Part shown: one piece after another, positions 24,193-37,017 of the stretch
How positions within the stretch are numbered: position 1 is the stretch's first letter
How the letters are laid out: every line of letters starts with the position of its first letter
DNA from: Octopus sinensis
Taxonomy: Eukaryota
Reading direction: 5' to 3'
Length of the DNA: 64,000 nt
Assembly (NCBI RefSeq): GCF_006345805.1
Contig: NC_043012.1
Span: 58,652,001-58,716,000 of the forward strand
Position numbers and translations under genes: made by a program
Notes under the pieces: generated by a model
The model's database searches: none
Told to the model about the DNA's origin: nothing
The model's input: only the letters and a program-made list of their open reading frames with translations

Positions 24193-26102
24193 TTTAGCTG
24201 GCAATGCATCAATTAATAATTATAATTTTAACATTAGTGGAGTGATAAAATTTATGATGCAGGTATATAATCGTTCAATTATCTCAGAATATTTGACTGG
24301 GATCTATAATATTGATCAGAAAAAGGGAAATTCAAATTCGACCAGTATTTGAAAGTAGAAAACAAACTTATAATGAAATACCTCAAGGCTTTTTTGTTCA
24401 GTATTGTACCTTATTCTATCATATATGCCTTAATTAGTTAATTGATTAATTAACTATACGGTGCTAAATTAAATAATTAATTATCGACCAATGGATTTGC
24501 AGTCTTCTTGCAGTCAATAGGAACGCATGCGTTTTATAGGACATTACTGGAATAGGAAAGAGGACCTCATTAGTGATACAAGCCTGTGGCAAATCAAACA
24601 TGGATATACACGGGTTGGCCTTATAGCTAGAAAACCCTTCATCGATCTGCTTTCTACGTACACATGCTGTTTCCCTTGTTGACCTTATTAATGCGAATAC
24701 GAACGAGACTAATGGATGTGTTGATCAAAGCCGGTAATCTTAGCCATTTTGACCATATGCTGGATTGACAAAGTTGTTTGTGCGTTGAATAATACGCCAT
24801 CCGGTAATTTTTCTGGCTCTTTGCTTTCTGAGTTCAAATCCAACTAAGATCAACTATGCTTTATATCATTCTAGGTTCGATAAGACAAAAAATCAGTAAG
24901 AAATTAGTGTTGGTTCAATCGACTTACATCTTTGCTCTTACTATGTGCCAAGATCCAACATTGCTTCTCATCCCTCCATGCTCAATACAAGAAGAACCAG
25001 TTAACAACTGATGTCGACTCATTCGACAAACTCCGCTCTTTATAAATATGTGATCTTATGACTATGTGAAAAATGATGAATTAATTAAATATCAGTAAAC
25101 GTAATTCTCGAAAACAAAATATTTCTAACAAAGATAGAAGGTCACACATCTTGCGGCAGAGAAAAGCGGATTTCATCAACCCTAGCATTTGACTGTCAGT
25201 GTATTTTATCAACACTCAGATTGAGGAAAATAAATAATGTCAACTTTAGCGAGATTAGAACATAAAAAAAGCCGTGAGCAAATAATTGTATTTTGACTAA
25301 CGATTTACAGATCCAACCAGCCACTTTTAATAATTAAAGTATTATGAGCGCGAGCTAACAGTAGAAGAGTCTCTAAGTCGGTTGTTTGCAAATAGTGCGC
25401 CGGAAGGGGTATTTAGGTAAGTCGTGGATTTGCGAAAAAAATTAAAACATTAAACTTAAGAAAATCCTCACTAATAATTGAACATCTTGAAAAAACATGT
25501 TATTCATAATTTTGTGAGACGCAAGTATGATTAATCAGACACAGTATGCAAGAGTTTTCTAAATTCTATCTTTCAAATATAGTTTTATTAATTCTTCTTT
25601 TTTTTACGCGAACTTCACTAATATTTTTTTCTTTATGTTATTTAATCACTAAAGAATGAGGCAAACAGGCAAAATCTTTAGAACGTCGGAATAAAGGCTT
25701 TGAGGTATTTCATACGAATTTTTATATTCTGAGTTCAAAATCCACCGAGATCCCCTCTGCCTTTCATCTCTCTGGAGCCGATAAAAGAAAGTGCTAGCCA
25801 CGAAACGTGTTCGATCGTATCCATCATTCCCTTCCTTCAAATTTTCCGCCCGTTTCTCTAAAATCAGAAATTTTTATTGTTCAATGCCCAGTGTACCGCG
25901 AAATCAATTGAGAAATCTCAACGGGTTTACTTGCTCTGCTAATAAAAGAGACCAAGTTTCTCACACAATTCTCAGTTAAGAAAGTATTCAAACACAGGAC
26001 AAGACGAGTGAAATGTTACTGTGGATAAAGTAATTTGAACATCGATCACTATGATTTGGATCAATTTTGAGATGGGGTTATTCAACAACGACCAGCGACC
26101 GT

Positions 26103-26232
26103 GGTGGGGCAATGGCCAGTGGTTAGGGCAGCGGACTCGCGGTCGTAAGAGCGAGGTTTGGGTTCCCAGACCGGGCATTCTGAGTGTTTATTGAGCAAAA
26201 TCACCTAAGCTCCACGAGGCTCCGGTCTGGGG
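26103..26232 (+). mobile_element. tRNA-derived SINE head, 3' truncated (family of 44365-44750)
   Basis: GCAATGGCCAGTGGTTAGGGCAGCGGACTCGCGGTC...CCCAGACCGGG...AGCTCCACGAGGCTCCGG. Confidence 0.8.
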
Positions 26233-26505
26233 TGAACAAATTCTCGTTAATAGTAAAAGGTGCAAATATTCAATTATCAGCTAAGTGGCGCCCTCCATTG
26301 GCCGCCCCTAGATGCATTCCAGGTACTTTATGCTGCGCTCAGCGGGAGATACCAGAGAGACGTAACACTGAACTGACAAAAATATGTAATTTCGTAATGA
26401 ATCGGTCAATACTAATGACTGATTTGCGCTCGTAGACATATTTGAAATAATCTAAAGATTTTTATTCTTCGTCACTGTTTCATGCAACTATTTGATATAC
26501 TATTA

Positions 26506-26760
26506 TGGCTTAGTGGTTAGGGTGTTGCTCTCACGATCGTTAGACCGTGATTTCAATTCCTAGACCAGGTTGTGCTTTGTGTTTTTGAACAAAGCATTTC
26601 ATCTTACATTGATCTGCGTTCACTTCGGCATCTGACGCATGGTACACCGTTTACCTATTCAGACAATGTCGATTTGACTAGAGAGTTAGCTAATGTGCAG
26701 TGCGAACATTTGACCACTTTAAACAAACTATTTGTGGAGGTTGTTCGGCAAAAGCTGAAC
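26506..26760 (+). mobile_element. Old tRNA-headed SINE
   Basis: TGGCTTAGTGGTTAGGGTGTT...GATTTCAATTCCTAGACC head similar to 58512. Confidence 0.6.
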
Positions 26761-26811
26761 AATGATACGTCGTCTTCGATAGGAGAGTCCATCATTATTA
26801 CCAAATTTATT

Positions 26812-26871
<60 letters not shown>

Positions 26872-26875
<4 letters not shown>

Positions 26876-27164
26876 AAGCCAGGCTCATGGGCCCGATTTC
26901 CCGGTTTCTATGGCGTATGTGTTTCCTCCAGCTGGAAGGCACGCCAGTCCATCGCAGCGTTACTCAAGAAATAGGAAAAAAGAGTGAGAGAAAGTTAGGG
27001 CGAAAGAGTGCAACAGAGGTCGCCACCCATCCCACTGCCGGAGCCTCGAGGAGCTTTAGGTGCTTTCTCTCAATAAACACACACAACACCCGGTCTGGGA
27101 TTCGAAACCGCGGTCCTACTACCAGGTGTCCACTGCCCTAACCACTGGGCCATTGCGCTTCCAC
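26872..27164 (-). mobile_element. tRNA-derived SINE with a V-domain-like 3' module
   Basis: Head as at 44750; distal GAGTAACGCTGCGATGGACTGGCG...GAAACCGGGAAA module shared with 58655-58745. Confidence 0.8.
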
Positions 27165-27169
27165 TTAAA

Positions 27170-27355
27170 CACATACATACAAACAAACAAACAAACAAAC
27201 AAACAAACAAACAAACAAACAAACATACATACATACAACATACATACATACATACATACATACATACATACATACATACATACATACATACATACATACA
27301 AACAAACAAACAAACAAACAAACAAACAAACAAACAAACAACAAACAAACAAATA
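27170..27355. repeat. (CAAA)n-(CATA)n-(CAAA)n compound microsatellite
   Basis: Direct reading. Confidence 0.95.
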
Positions 27356-27863
27356 AATGTCTTTTTATTTATTTGTATTCGTTTTAGAATAAGTGACCAA
27401 GTTTCAAACGAAGATAGAAAAGCTCTTCCGTTTGAGTTTGAATAACAACAATGTTACTTGTTATATATCGAGCCTCCAGAAAGTCCCACATATATTTCCG
27501 GCTTCACTTACAGATTGTATCTATAAAGTTCGTGTGAACGGTATTTTTATTTGCCTCAACATCCTAAAGTCACCAGATTGTGTTTACCCACTTACTAACA
27601 TTACTGAGTGCAGCAATAATTTATGGTATAAATGCAAATTTATAATCCGAATCGAAAAGCTGCAAACTTTGAAGCAGCTGTCCATAGATAATCCTCATCG
27701 CTGACTTTGGAAGAGTTATCCACGCGTGTAGTTCATCTTATCTCTATGGCTGTACTTGACTTTTCTTTTCATTCCCAAATAACTGTATCACTTGGTTGAA
27801 AACTCGATGGGAATCTTTCAATGTTTTATAAATGTTGTTTGCATTGGTATGTACGTACGTATG

Positions 27864-28294
27864 AACTTCTTTATTCACCTATAAAAAGGATTACATAGAG
27901 GGAACGTTACAAAGACAGACAAGGGACATGTAGGAGACAGACACACATTATTATATACAAGGTGAAAAGACAGATGGATTTACATATATTATACATATGG
28001 GAGTTAAAAATATAAGTGATGTTTTGATGGAAATTGGGTTCCGAGTTAATGAATTAACCCGCCGGTTGATTATCCCTTTTGGTAATCTTTTCCTTTCATT
28101 TATGCTCCGACCGACCGTGCAAGCACAGCCTCGTGCATTCTCATCTTTCTTACCGCTGTCATTCATCTTTTTCTAAACGCTCTTTGCGGCAGGTCCCTCC
28201 TCTCCAGACGGATGTTGCTGGACAGATGGGCGGCGCCGTAATTCACCAGCCCACGCCCGGAGATGACTTGGCCTGTCGCAATCCCTTTCGCTCG
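27864..28294 (-). mobile_element. Short 5'-truncated Tx1-like LINE 3' end with a perfect 19-bp TSD
   Basis: Translation RAKGIATGQVISGRGLVNYGAAHLSSNIRLERRDL aligns to RMKGLQSGKFISGPGLMNYFIFHLKRKIGLER at 23067. TSD TGGTATGTACGTACGTATG at 27845-27863 and 28295-28313. Confidence 0.85.
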
Positions 28295-28339
28295 TGGTAT
28301 GTACGTACGTATGTATTCCATAGCAAGTGTGCTGCATAT

Positions 28340-28575
28340 TGTTTTAGCAACACATCAACTGCCAGAGGTAGTACCACGACGACATTTTTGGACAGCTACT
28401 CAGTACATGTTTTGTGTTTTCCACAGAAGAGTGACATAATTGACATTTCCTGTCGCATTTTGGGATTTTGTTGGTTGCACTGTTCTCTCTTGTTTTGTGG
28501 ATATTTTGTAACCATCTGCTGTACTTGGATTGCAAAACCACCACCTTCAAGGCTTGACTTATTGTAGCGTCGAAA
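28340..28575 (-). pseudogene. RLE-type (R4/Dong/CRE-like) non-LTR retrotransposon fragment, CCHC region
   Basis: CDRKCQLCHSSVENTKHVLSSCPKMSSWYY fits the C-x2-C-x7-H-x4-C motif typical of RLE LINEs. Confidence 0.65.
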
Positions 28576-30039
28576 AGTGGGGTGGAAGCAGTCACAATAG
28601 TTTTATTTAGGCGGGTAGCTGTTAAAATCGCTACATTTTACAGTGTATACCAGACTTGATAATAAATGATAAGGACGGCCACTTCAGGAATCGAACTCGA
28701 AATGATCACATATAAAACTAAATATTTTTAAGTCATAAGGTATTTCTATCACTCCACTTCATTTAAAATATGTTACAGTGAATTAAATATATTCAGAATG
28801 GAAATGTTTGCTGGGCTAGCTTCGACATACATTCTCCGAACATAAGTTCTATTGAAAAAGATAAGTAGATTTCTATTTTATCGCCTTAAGAAATATATTC
28901 ATTCTTAAGAATTCTCTTTTGGAAAACCTGACAACATTACAACCACCATTGGTAAAATAGCAATATCCTGAAGCATGAAGATTGAAGATGCTGTCCTACC
29001 TCTAATAATAACGCCAGTGGTATTCAATTTTTGTTGCATAACGTACATGACCTAAAGCAAATTAATAGCTGTTCCTGTAAGTTCATGATTTAGTACCAGT
29101 TGTGCTGATGTTTACATATACGTATTTGTATTCCTTTCTATTCCAGAATGTAATAAAACTGCACACCAAGAATATTTATGACATTATAAGGTTTTAACAT
29201 TATTGTATGTTGATCAAGCTATTCAAACTCTCATCACATTTTCACAAAAGGAAGCATAGAAAATTTTAAAGATACTTCAGGCTACTTTAGACCACTTCAG
29301 GTATATAACAATGTTATCGTGTAATATCTTTTAAAAAGCCGAAGATAGGCATTTCAGATATAAATGTATCTAAGTTGTTATTAAATAAAGCACGATTGAA
29401 TACTTATGTAACAAATAATGTCTTAACATTCACAAATGTAAAATAGAAAAGTGATTTTTCTAAAACTCATTTTACGCCGTCAGATTTTAAACGTAAATTC
29501 AAGAACAACGCCGCAGGCAACATCACAAAGTAGACAGTGGCAGTCGTAAATCTCAGAACAATCCCTTTACGTGGACAAAACGGCGAATATTTTGAATGTT
29601 ATCTCGCCAATGTAAGATTCCTCGACAACGAAGATTACAGAGGAAATATTTGATAAAGAAAAACAAATATTAGAGAAAAATATGTAATAATTGCCCTTGA
29701 CATATTGAATAAGAGCATGGAAATTCTGCGAGCAATACGGTATTAGTGAGTTCAATCCAGGCCTGTGGATATGTATATGTAAATGTCATTCAATGACGTA
29801 CAGAGAATTACGTATTTGAAACGTTGTGGTTTACTTAAGAAATGTCAAACAACAAAAAATATTAAAAGCATAATCAGCAACGAAAAAAGAAACACAAGAT
29901 TATGTTAAAAAAAAAAACGAATTTTTTTTCCACTAGCACGCTTACTAATTATTCATTTGCCTGGGGGAATCACTATAATTTGTCAGATATTTTGAAGGCT
30001 ACAATATTATCTAATCCAGAATATGTAAATTTTATACAG

Positions 30040-30347
30040 CAGAGTAAAAGAAATTCTAACGTTGGAGCTTGTTTCCTAACAAAGTTTTTTCACGCAAACA
30101 TCTCAACCCACATGTTCAGACGGAATATTAAAAATATCAATACCACATTTGTTATATACATACACACACTTCAATAACAATTTCCAGACTACACTTGCCA
30201 TTCCAACTGCTTTGCCAATTTCGTTCTTCCCTCACACTCACACCAACTCTGAACACCTCACTTACATGCCTTCACACAACGCACCAGAAGAATACCCACG
30301 CCAACCAACAATTCTCATAAATCAATTTTACAACATTTCTCACTTTG

Positions 30348-30421
<74 letters not shown>

Positions 30422-30660
30422 CAGCACCCTAAAACGCAAGTTCACTTTCCAATATTGGCTGTAAACCCCCAAAGATGGATATGGTCTTATATTTCGGAAA
30501 TATATTTCTTTTGCAACTAACCCATACAACATAATTCTCGTCTCCTTTCCAACGCTATGCCCACGTTTTTTATACACGGATGAGGGCTCTTTTTAACACA
30601 ATCTGTGATTCTCTCTGTCTTTCATCTGATGAAGAACTAATGTCCGAAACGGTTACAATT
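30040..30660 (+). mobile_element. Possible decayed Penelope-like element
   Basis: SNVGACFL...MFRRN resembles the PLE 'TNVGK.FL...IFNRN' linker; CTGATGAAG..CCGAAACG at ~30626 is a typical PLE terminal motif. Confidence 0.3.
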
Positions 30661-31679
30661 ATGCTAGAAATGCATTCGTCAAACAATGTTCCTTTTCTGT
30701 TATAATTATTGTTCGTTGTATTTATACAATATATATTTATATATATAAGTTATGTGTGTGTGCGTGCGTGTTGGTGATATTTTCCCTTTTCCAGACTTTT
30801 CGGTTTTTCTTTCTGTCAAAGAATTATGCTCGAAACGTAAGAAAACCCTCTCTTTTTTCCACGTTTACCGAGCGTGAAACTAATACGCTCCATGTGTACG
30901 TCATATTGTTGCTTTGTTATTGATAGTTTTAATTTCGATTATTCAATGTAACTATTTATAAATGTAAGAAGATAGGGTAATATCCCAACTGCTTTGTCTT
31001 GAAGCACATCTGCTTACAGCATTATTACAATCCAGCTTGTAGTTGAAGTATAGAGGCAAAACCCATATTAAAGTTGAAAATATTGTTTGCAGAGTTATTT
31101 TAAAATAACAGAACAAGTTGCAAAATGTGTTGATATTATTCATTTTCCATTACAGATGTTTCATTTGTTAATAGGAATTATGGAGTTTTACACGTTAGAA
31201 ATTCTTCAGAGAAATTAAATAATTATTAGTAACTAATAATTAAATAGTCATTATTAATTAATAACGAAATAATAATTACTGTTTAATTTCTATCTCTTTC
31301 TCTCTCTCTCTCTCTCTCTCTCGGGAATATCTAACAGGAAATGTCTAACATGTAATAGTCTGTGACCCATATTAGCAAATGACACATTTGTAATGTTGAA
31401 TAAATATCAATGCCATTACAGTTTCCATTTCCCTGTTTTGTTATATATACACACATATATACACACATGTGTGCATATGCATTGAAATTACAAATCAGAC
31501 ATACGTACACAAGCATATTCACTAATTCTATCTCAGTCTCTCTCACACATACAAACGGCTGTTTCTTTATGGCAAGAAGCTTGCTTCTGCTATAGAGTTT
31601 TTCAGCTGGATTGTTGGTTTTGCGAGTAACACACGCGTTTTTTGCTGTCTTAGCGGTGCGACGGTTTCCCTCTTGTTTA

Positions 31680-33240
31680 ATGGAAGAGCGTCGGGTGAGG
31701 AGTTGTGAAGGCTTGAATTTTTCAGACTTTGTGAACTATCCGTCATCAAACTTTGTGTAGTCCCAGGAAGAAATAGTAGAGAGTTTGAAGAAGATAGACG
31801 AAGCAATAGAGACGAAAGGAAAATATGGTAGAATGTTTGAAGAAGACAGACGAAGCAGAAGTGACGAAAGAAAAAAAGCGAAGACATGTGTCTGGAGGAA
31901 GTGAGTAAATTTAAAGAAATACTTAAAAGGGAGGGGAACGAAGTGAAAATATATTCCCTCCCAAAGAAGTATTAATGGGAAAACATGAAAAAACTATTAT
32001 TTACAGGACGTACTCAGTATCAGCCAGGAAAATAAAAGTTATGTCGATAGCTCATCTTGAAAATGCACTGAAACCAATCTGGCAAGGTATTTCCTACCTT
32101 GCCGGAGGAAAAAGTTTGGGACAGTGGAAGTGCAGTTCCAGGAGGTAGCTACCGCCAGGCTCAGTAACACCGTTAAAAACAGACGAAGTGGTGCTTCTAC
32201 CTGTATACCTTGGGAGACATGCTTCCAGGGTTAGGTTAGAAGACATACCCCCAGAAGTGGATGTAGCCTGGCTGGTAGCTGCCATACTACTAGGTATGGA
32301 GGTGTAGGTGGTGGTAGCTCCAGGCCACTAGAACACCCCACATGAACTGGCAATGCCAAAGCCTCGATATGGTGGTAAAAGCTGCAGAGGAAAATATTGA
32401 AAATATGGTATAGACAATCATAGTCGGAGAGTTAACACTCAGAGTTAGAGGGAGGAAGTATCACGCGGTCCTATAGATGTAGCCTAAAAGGCTACATTAG
32501 GGCGGACTAATGTAGAGCGACTTGACCACCGATGGAAACTAGTATCAGCATTGAGGAGGAAGAAGTGAACGAGGAATCGAACGGGTGGGAAGCGGTGGAA
32601 AGAAAAGAAGAAAGAGAAGAAAAGAGTACACGTTGGAAAGGATGACCCCATACCACCCTTACCCGACTCCCACCCACACCCACTATACCCCAACCACTCT
32701 CTGCAGACACCAACCCTCTCCATGCCCTACCTGACACAAAGACAAGCACAAGCTCACATGAGCCCCATATTACCGAACGCTCACCCTGGGATTAAAAAAT
32801 ATACTGTACTGTACAACGGATAAAACGAAGAACTCCATAATGAGATTGACGCGTGGGATGCAACGATAAAAGTGGATATAACAGGAGTAAGGGGGGTGCC
32901 GGAGTACATTCGTTGTGCGGTGGTGGAGCCGGCGTATCTTGCGAGATTAAAAGATTGTGAGGAAGACTCTGAGTGGTATGTCAAGAAAGTATACACCAGT
33001 ACCATGCCAGAAGAGGTAAGCTATTTTGAGATCTTAAAGAAATACAATTTAGACATTTTGTGTAAAAGTGGAAATTAGCTGTTCGAAATGGTGATAAAAT
33101 TGGTATTGTAAACTAGTGTCTTAAAAAAGATGTATTAAATTAGCTGTTGCAAATTGTGATACAAATGAAGTCGCTCGGAGGTGCGGCCGAACGGCTTCAT
33201 TCCATTTTCCATTCGTTTTGTTTTTTGTCCCCTCTATGTA
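31680..33240 (+). mobile_element. ORF1-only (HAL1-like) derivative of the Tx1 family, decayed
   Basis: LENALKPIWQGISYLAGGK / FGTVEVQFQEVATA / LKTDEVVLLPVYLGRHASRVRLEDIPPEVD aligns with ORF1 at 20425-20970. Degenerate knuckle SYRCSLKGYIRAD*C at ~32468; ends in CCATTCG..TTGTTTTTTGTCCCCTCTATG with no ORF2. Confidence 0.7.
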
Positions 33241-33267
33241 CGGTATTCCTGACCAATTTCATGAACT

Positions 33268-33610
33268 AAATTCCTAACCCCATGGTTCTGGGTTCAGTGT
33301 CACTGCATGGCACCTTCGGCATCTGTCTTCTACTATAACCTTGGGCCGACCAAATCCTTGTGAGTGAATTTGGTGGACGGAAACTGATAAATATATATAT
33401 CTGTGTGTGTGTGTATGTGTGTGTGTGAGAGGGAGAGATAGAGAGAGAGTGTGTGTGTGTGTGTGAGTGACCCATCACCGTTTGACAACGGCAGCTCGGC
33501 AAACGAGTCCGATAGAATAAACACCAGGCTTAGCAAAATAATTTAAGTACTGGGGTGGATTCATTCGACTAAAAATTCGTAAAGTGCCCCCAGCATGGCC
33601 GCAGTCTCAC
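33268..33610 (+). mobile_element. CORE-like SINE, diverged
   Basis: Similar to 9620-9950. Confidence 0.8.
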
Positions 33611-34159
33611 GACTGACGTGTACGGATGTTGTCTATGCATATACTCATAAACATATAAACATGCACGTATATGGTGAATGCGATTCGATTATATCTTTCA
33701 CATCGCATTAAATAGGGATTTTGTTATACATTGACATATAAGGCATATCTTGCTTTAATAAACATTCAATATGATTCATGCTAGCACAGCTTTTATCAGG
33801 AAAATACGAAGCAGCAATAGTATTACTCTGTGTTATTTGCTGTAAACTTAATCAAAACAGGCACTGAAATACAAACTCAGATAAACAGATTAGGTGAATT
33901 GCAAATGTTGTAAAATAGAGATTGTTGGAACGTAATAATTTCTCCGGAGAGGACAAAGTAAATGAGAATTCCATATCTAACGAAAGGTAGAAATAGAAAA
34001 CATCTGTTAACTGGTTTCCATGATCATTAACACCGAATTTAAAAAAGTGTGCACCGCCAGACTGGCACATTGGGCAAGTGTGTTCTGCTATAGCCTTGGG
34101 TGGACCAAGACTTTGTGAGTAGATTTGGTACACGGAAACTAAAAGAAGACTGTTACTCT

Positions 34160-34526
34160 TTTAATCTTTTACTTGTTTCAGTCATTTGACTGCAGCCATA
34201 CTGGAGCAGCGCCTTTAGTCGAGGAAATCGATCCCAGGAATTATTCTTTGTAAGCCTAGTACTTATACTACCGGTCGCTTTTGCCATTGATTTTTTTTTG
34301 GGGGGGGGGCAAACACATACACACAAATACACTCACATAAATATACATATATATATATATACCATGGGCTTCTCTCAGTTTCCGTCTACCAAATCCACTC
34401 ACAAGGCTTTGCTCGGCCCGAGGCTATAGTGGAAGACACCTGCCCAAGTTGCCACGCAGTGGGTCTGAACCCGAAATCATATGGTTGGTAAGCAAGCTAC
34501 TTACCACACAGCCACTCTTGCCCCTA
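34160..34526 (-). mobile_element. CORE-like SINE, preceded by an opposite-strand fragment at ~34060-34150
   Basis: Reverse-complement match to the family. Confidence 0.85.
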
Positions 34527-35103
34527 TATATATGTGTGTGTGTGTGTACATATATATATATAACAAAAAAAGATGTGTTATAATACAATTCCACAGCCAT
34601 ACCAACAATCCAACATACATTCATCACCAGCTGCCCCACGGATATCATTATGGTTTCGACACCTGGGCAGTACCATTCAATCCGGTGGTGTCGACATCGG
34701 GAAGATAAATGTTTGGGAACAAACAAACCAAAGAAACCACAATATGTGTGAATGCGTTGTGTGTGTGTGTGTTTGTGTTTGTGTGTGTGTGTGTGTGTGT
34801 GTGCATAACATCTCTTAACGAGAAATAAACAGTAAAAGTACGGAATCGTAAAATATATTTGCCAACTAAAGGTGGCAGTCCTATAGACCACAATAGTATC
34901 TCCAGCCTCTATAGGACCGCCACATTTAATTGGCAAATATAATTTATATATACATATGTATATAGATTTAAAGCAATCGGAAAATGAAGAAGTACTGATT
35001 AACAACAATTAACTTACATCAATTAGTATTTATTAATTCAATTAAAATAGATTGCATCCCATTTTTGATTATATAATGTATATATATATATATATATATA
35101 TAT

Positions 35104-35375
35104 AAGAACCTAAGAACCTCCCGAAGAACCTAAGAGACCTGCATGGGGTGGATGCAGATGTCTTTAAAATGAAACTGGATCTCTCTTGTCAGGTATCTCA
35201 GATGAACCAACTTCACGGCAGGAGGTGCAGATGAGGGCAGCTGCATCGAACTCTCTCATGCACCAAATGGCAATTGGTAAAAAGCATTTGTGAAGTAAAA
35301 TTATGTAGCAACACCAAATGGCGGTGCCCCAGCATAACCACAGCTAGTGACCTGAAACTAGATAAATAAAAAAAA
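35104..35375 (+). mobile_element. CR1/L2-group LINE 3' end (copy 1, 1-bp deletion)
   Basis: NLPKNLRDLHGVDADVFKMKLD...DEPT...MRAAASNSL; A-rich tail. Confidence 0.7.
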
Positions 35376-35650
35376 TATATATATATATATATGTGTGTTG
35401 TGTGTGTGTGTGTGTGTGTGTGGTGTGTACATATAATATATAACAAAAAAAGATGTGTTATAATACAATTCCACAGCCATACCAACAATCCAACATACAT
35501 TCATCACCAGCTGCCCCACGGATATCATTATGGTTTCGACACCTGGGCAGTACCATTCAATCCGGTGGTGTCGACATCGGGAAGATAAATGTTTGGGAAC
35601 AAACAAACCAAAGAAACCACAATATGTGTGAATGCGTTGTGTGTGTGTGT

Positions 35651-35685
<35 letters not shown>

Positions 35686-35982
35686 ATAACATCTCTTAAC
35701 GAGAAATAAACAGTAAAAGTACGGAATCGTAAAATATATTTGCCAACTAAAGGTGGCAGTCCTATAGACCACAATAGTATCTCCAGCCTCTATAGACCGC
35801 CACATTTAATTGGCAAATATAATTTATATATACATATGTATATAGATTTAAAGCAATCGGAAAATGAAGAAGTACTGATTAACAACAATTAACTTACATC
35901 AATTAGTATTTATTAATTCAATTAAAATAGATTGCATCCCATTTTTGATTATATAATGTGTGTATATATATATATATATATA

Positions 35983-36256
35983 TAAGAACCTAAGAACCTC
36001 CCGAAGAACCTAAGAGACCTGCATGGGGTGGATGCAGATGTCTTTAAAATGAAACTGGATCTCTTCTTGTCAGGTATCTCAGATGAACCAACTTCACGGC
36101 AGGAGGTGCAGATGAGGGCAGCTGCATCGAACTCTCTCATGCACCAAATGGCAATTGGTAAAAAGCATTTGTGAAGTAAAATTATGTAGCAACACCAAAT
36201 GGCGGTGCCCCAGCATAACCACAGCTAGTGACCTGAAACTAGATAAATAAAAAAAA
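35983..36256 (+). mobile_element. CR1/L2-group LINE 3' end (copy 2, frame intact)
   Basis: NLPKNLRDLHGVDADVFKMKLDLFLSGISDEPTSRQEVQMRAAASNSLMHQ. Confidence 0.7.
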
Positions 36257-36302
<46 letters not shown>

Positions 36303-36503
36303 TGTGTGTGTGTGTATAGGGAGAGTTTACGAAAAAAATAAAAGACGAAGACAGGTGGTGTACAAAACAAACAGATGTATTAGTATAACGCTCAGGAATA
36401 GAAAAATTCTTTTATGTTTCGGGCCTACGCTATTCTACAGAAAGGGACACGGAAAAAACAAGGAGAGAAAAGAATGTGGGTAGAGGCTAACGATCTATCA
36501 TGG

Positions 36504-36539
<36 letters not shown>

Positions 36540-36875
36540 TTGCATACGTGCGTCTCTGAGTGTCTTTGTGACATTATTTATCATCTCATCACTACCTGAC
36601 AACCGGTGATGGATGAGTTTACGTCCCCGTAACGTATTGGTACGATTAAAGATAGCGATAGAATAAATAGCAGGCTGTACAAAAAATAAGACCTAAAGAT
36701 GATTTCAACTAAAATTATTCAAGGTGGTGCCCCACCATGGCCGCAGTCAAAAGGCTGAAACAAGTAAACGAATTAAAGAACATATAAATACATATATATG
36801 TGTATATATACATGTATATATATATGTGTATATATACATATATATATATATATCAATATATATGTATATATACAT

Positions 36876-36917
<42 letters not shown>

Positions 36918-36938
36918 CAATATGTATATATATGTGTA

Positions 36939-36981
<43 letters not shown>

Positions 36982-37017
36982 AAACACATATATATATATG
37001 TATGTATATACAATATA

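Larger units (their letters stand above)
34546..36300. repeat. Near-identical tandem duplication, period about 880 bp
   Basis: TAACAAAAAAAGATGTG at 34561 and 35441; the copies differ only in microsatellite lengths and 1-bp indels. Confidence 0.95.

Noticed and set aside
28079-28567. 162-aa plus-strand ORF
   Set aside because: It is the antisense shadow of two adjacent minus-strand LINE relics.
31540-31600. TSD for the HAL1-like element
   Set aside because: There is only a loose ACGG.T.TT.C similarity to 33240-33249, too weak to call, so the 5' boundary is undefined.
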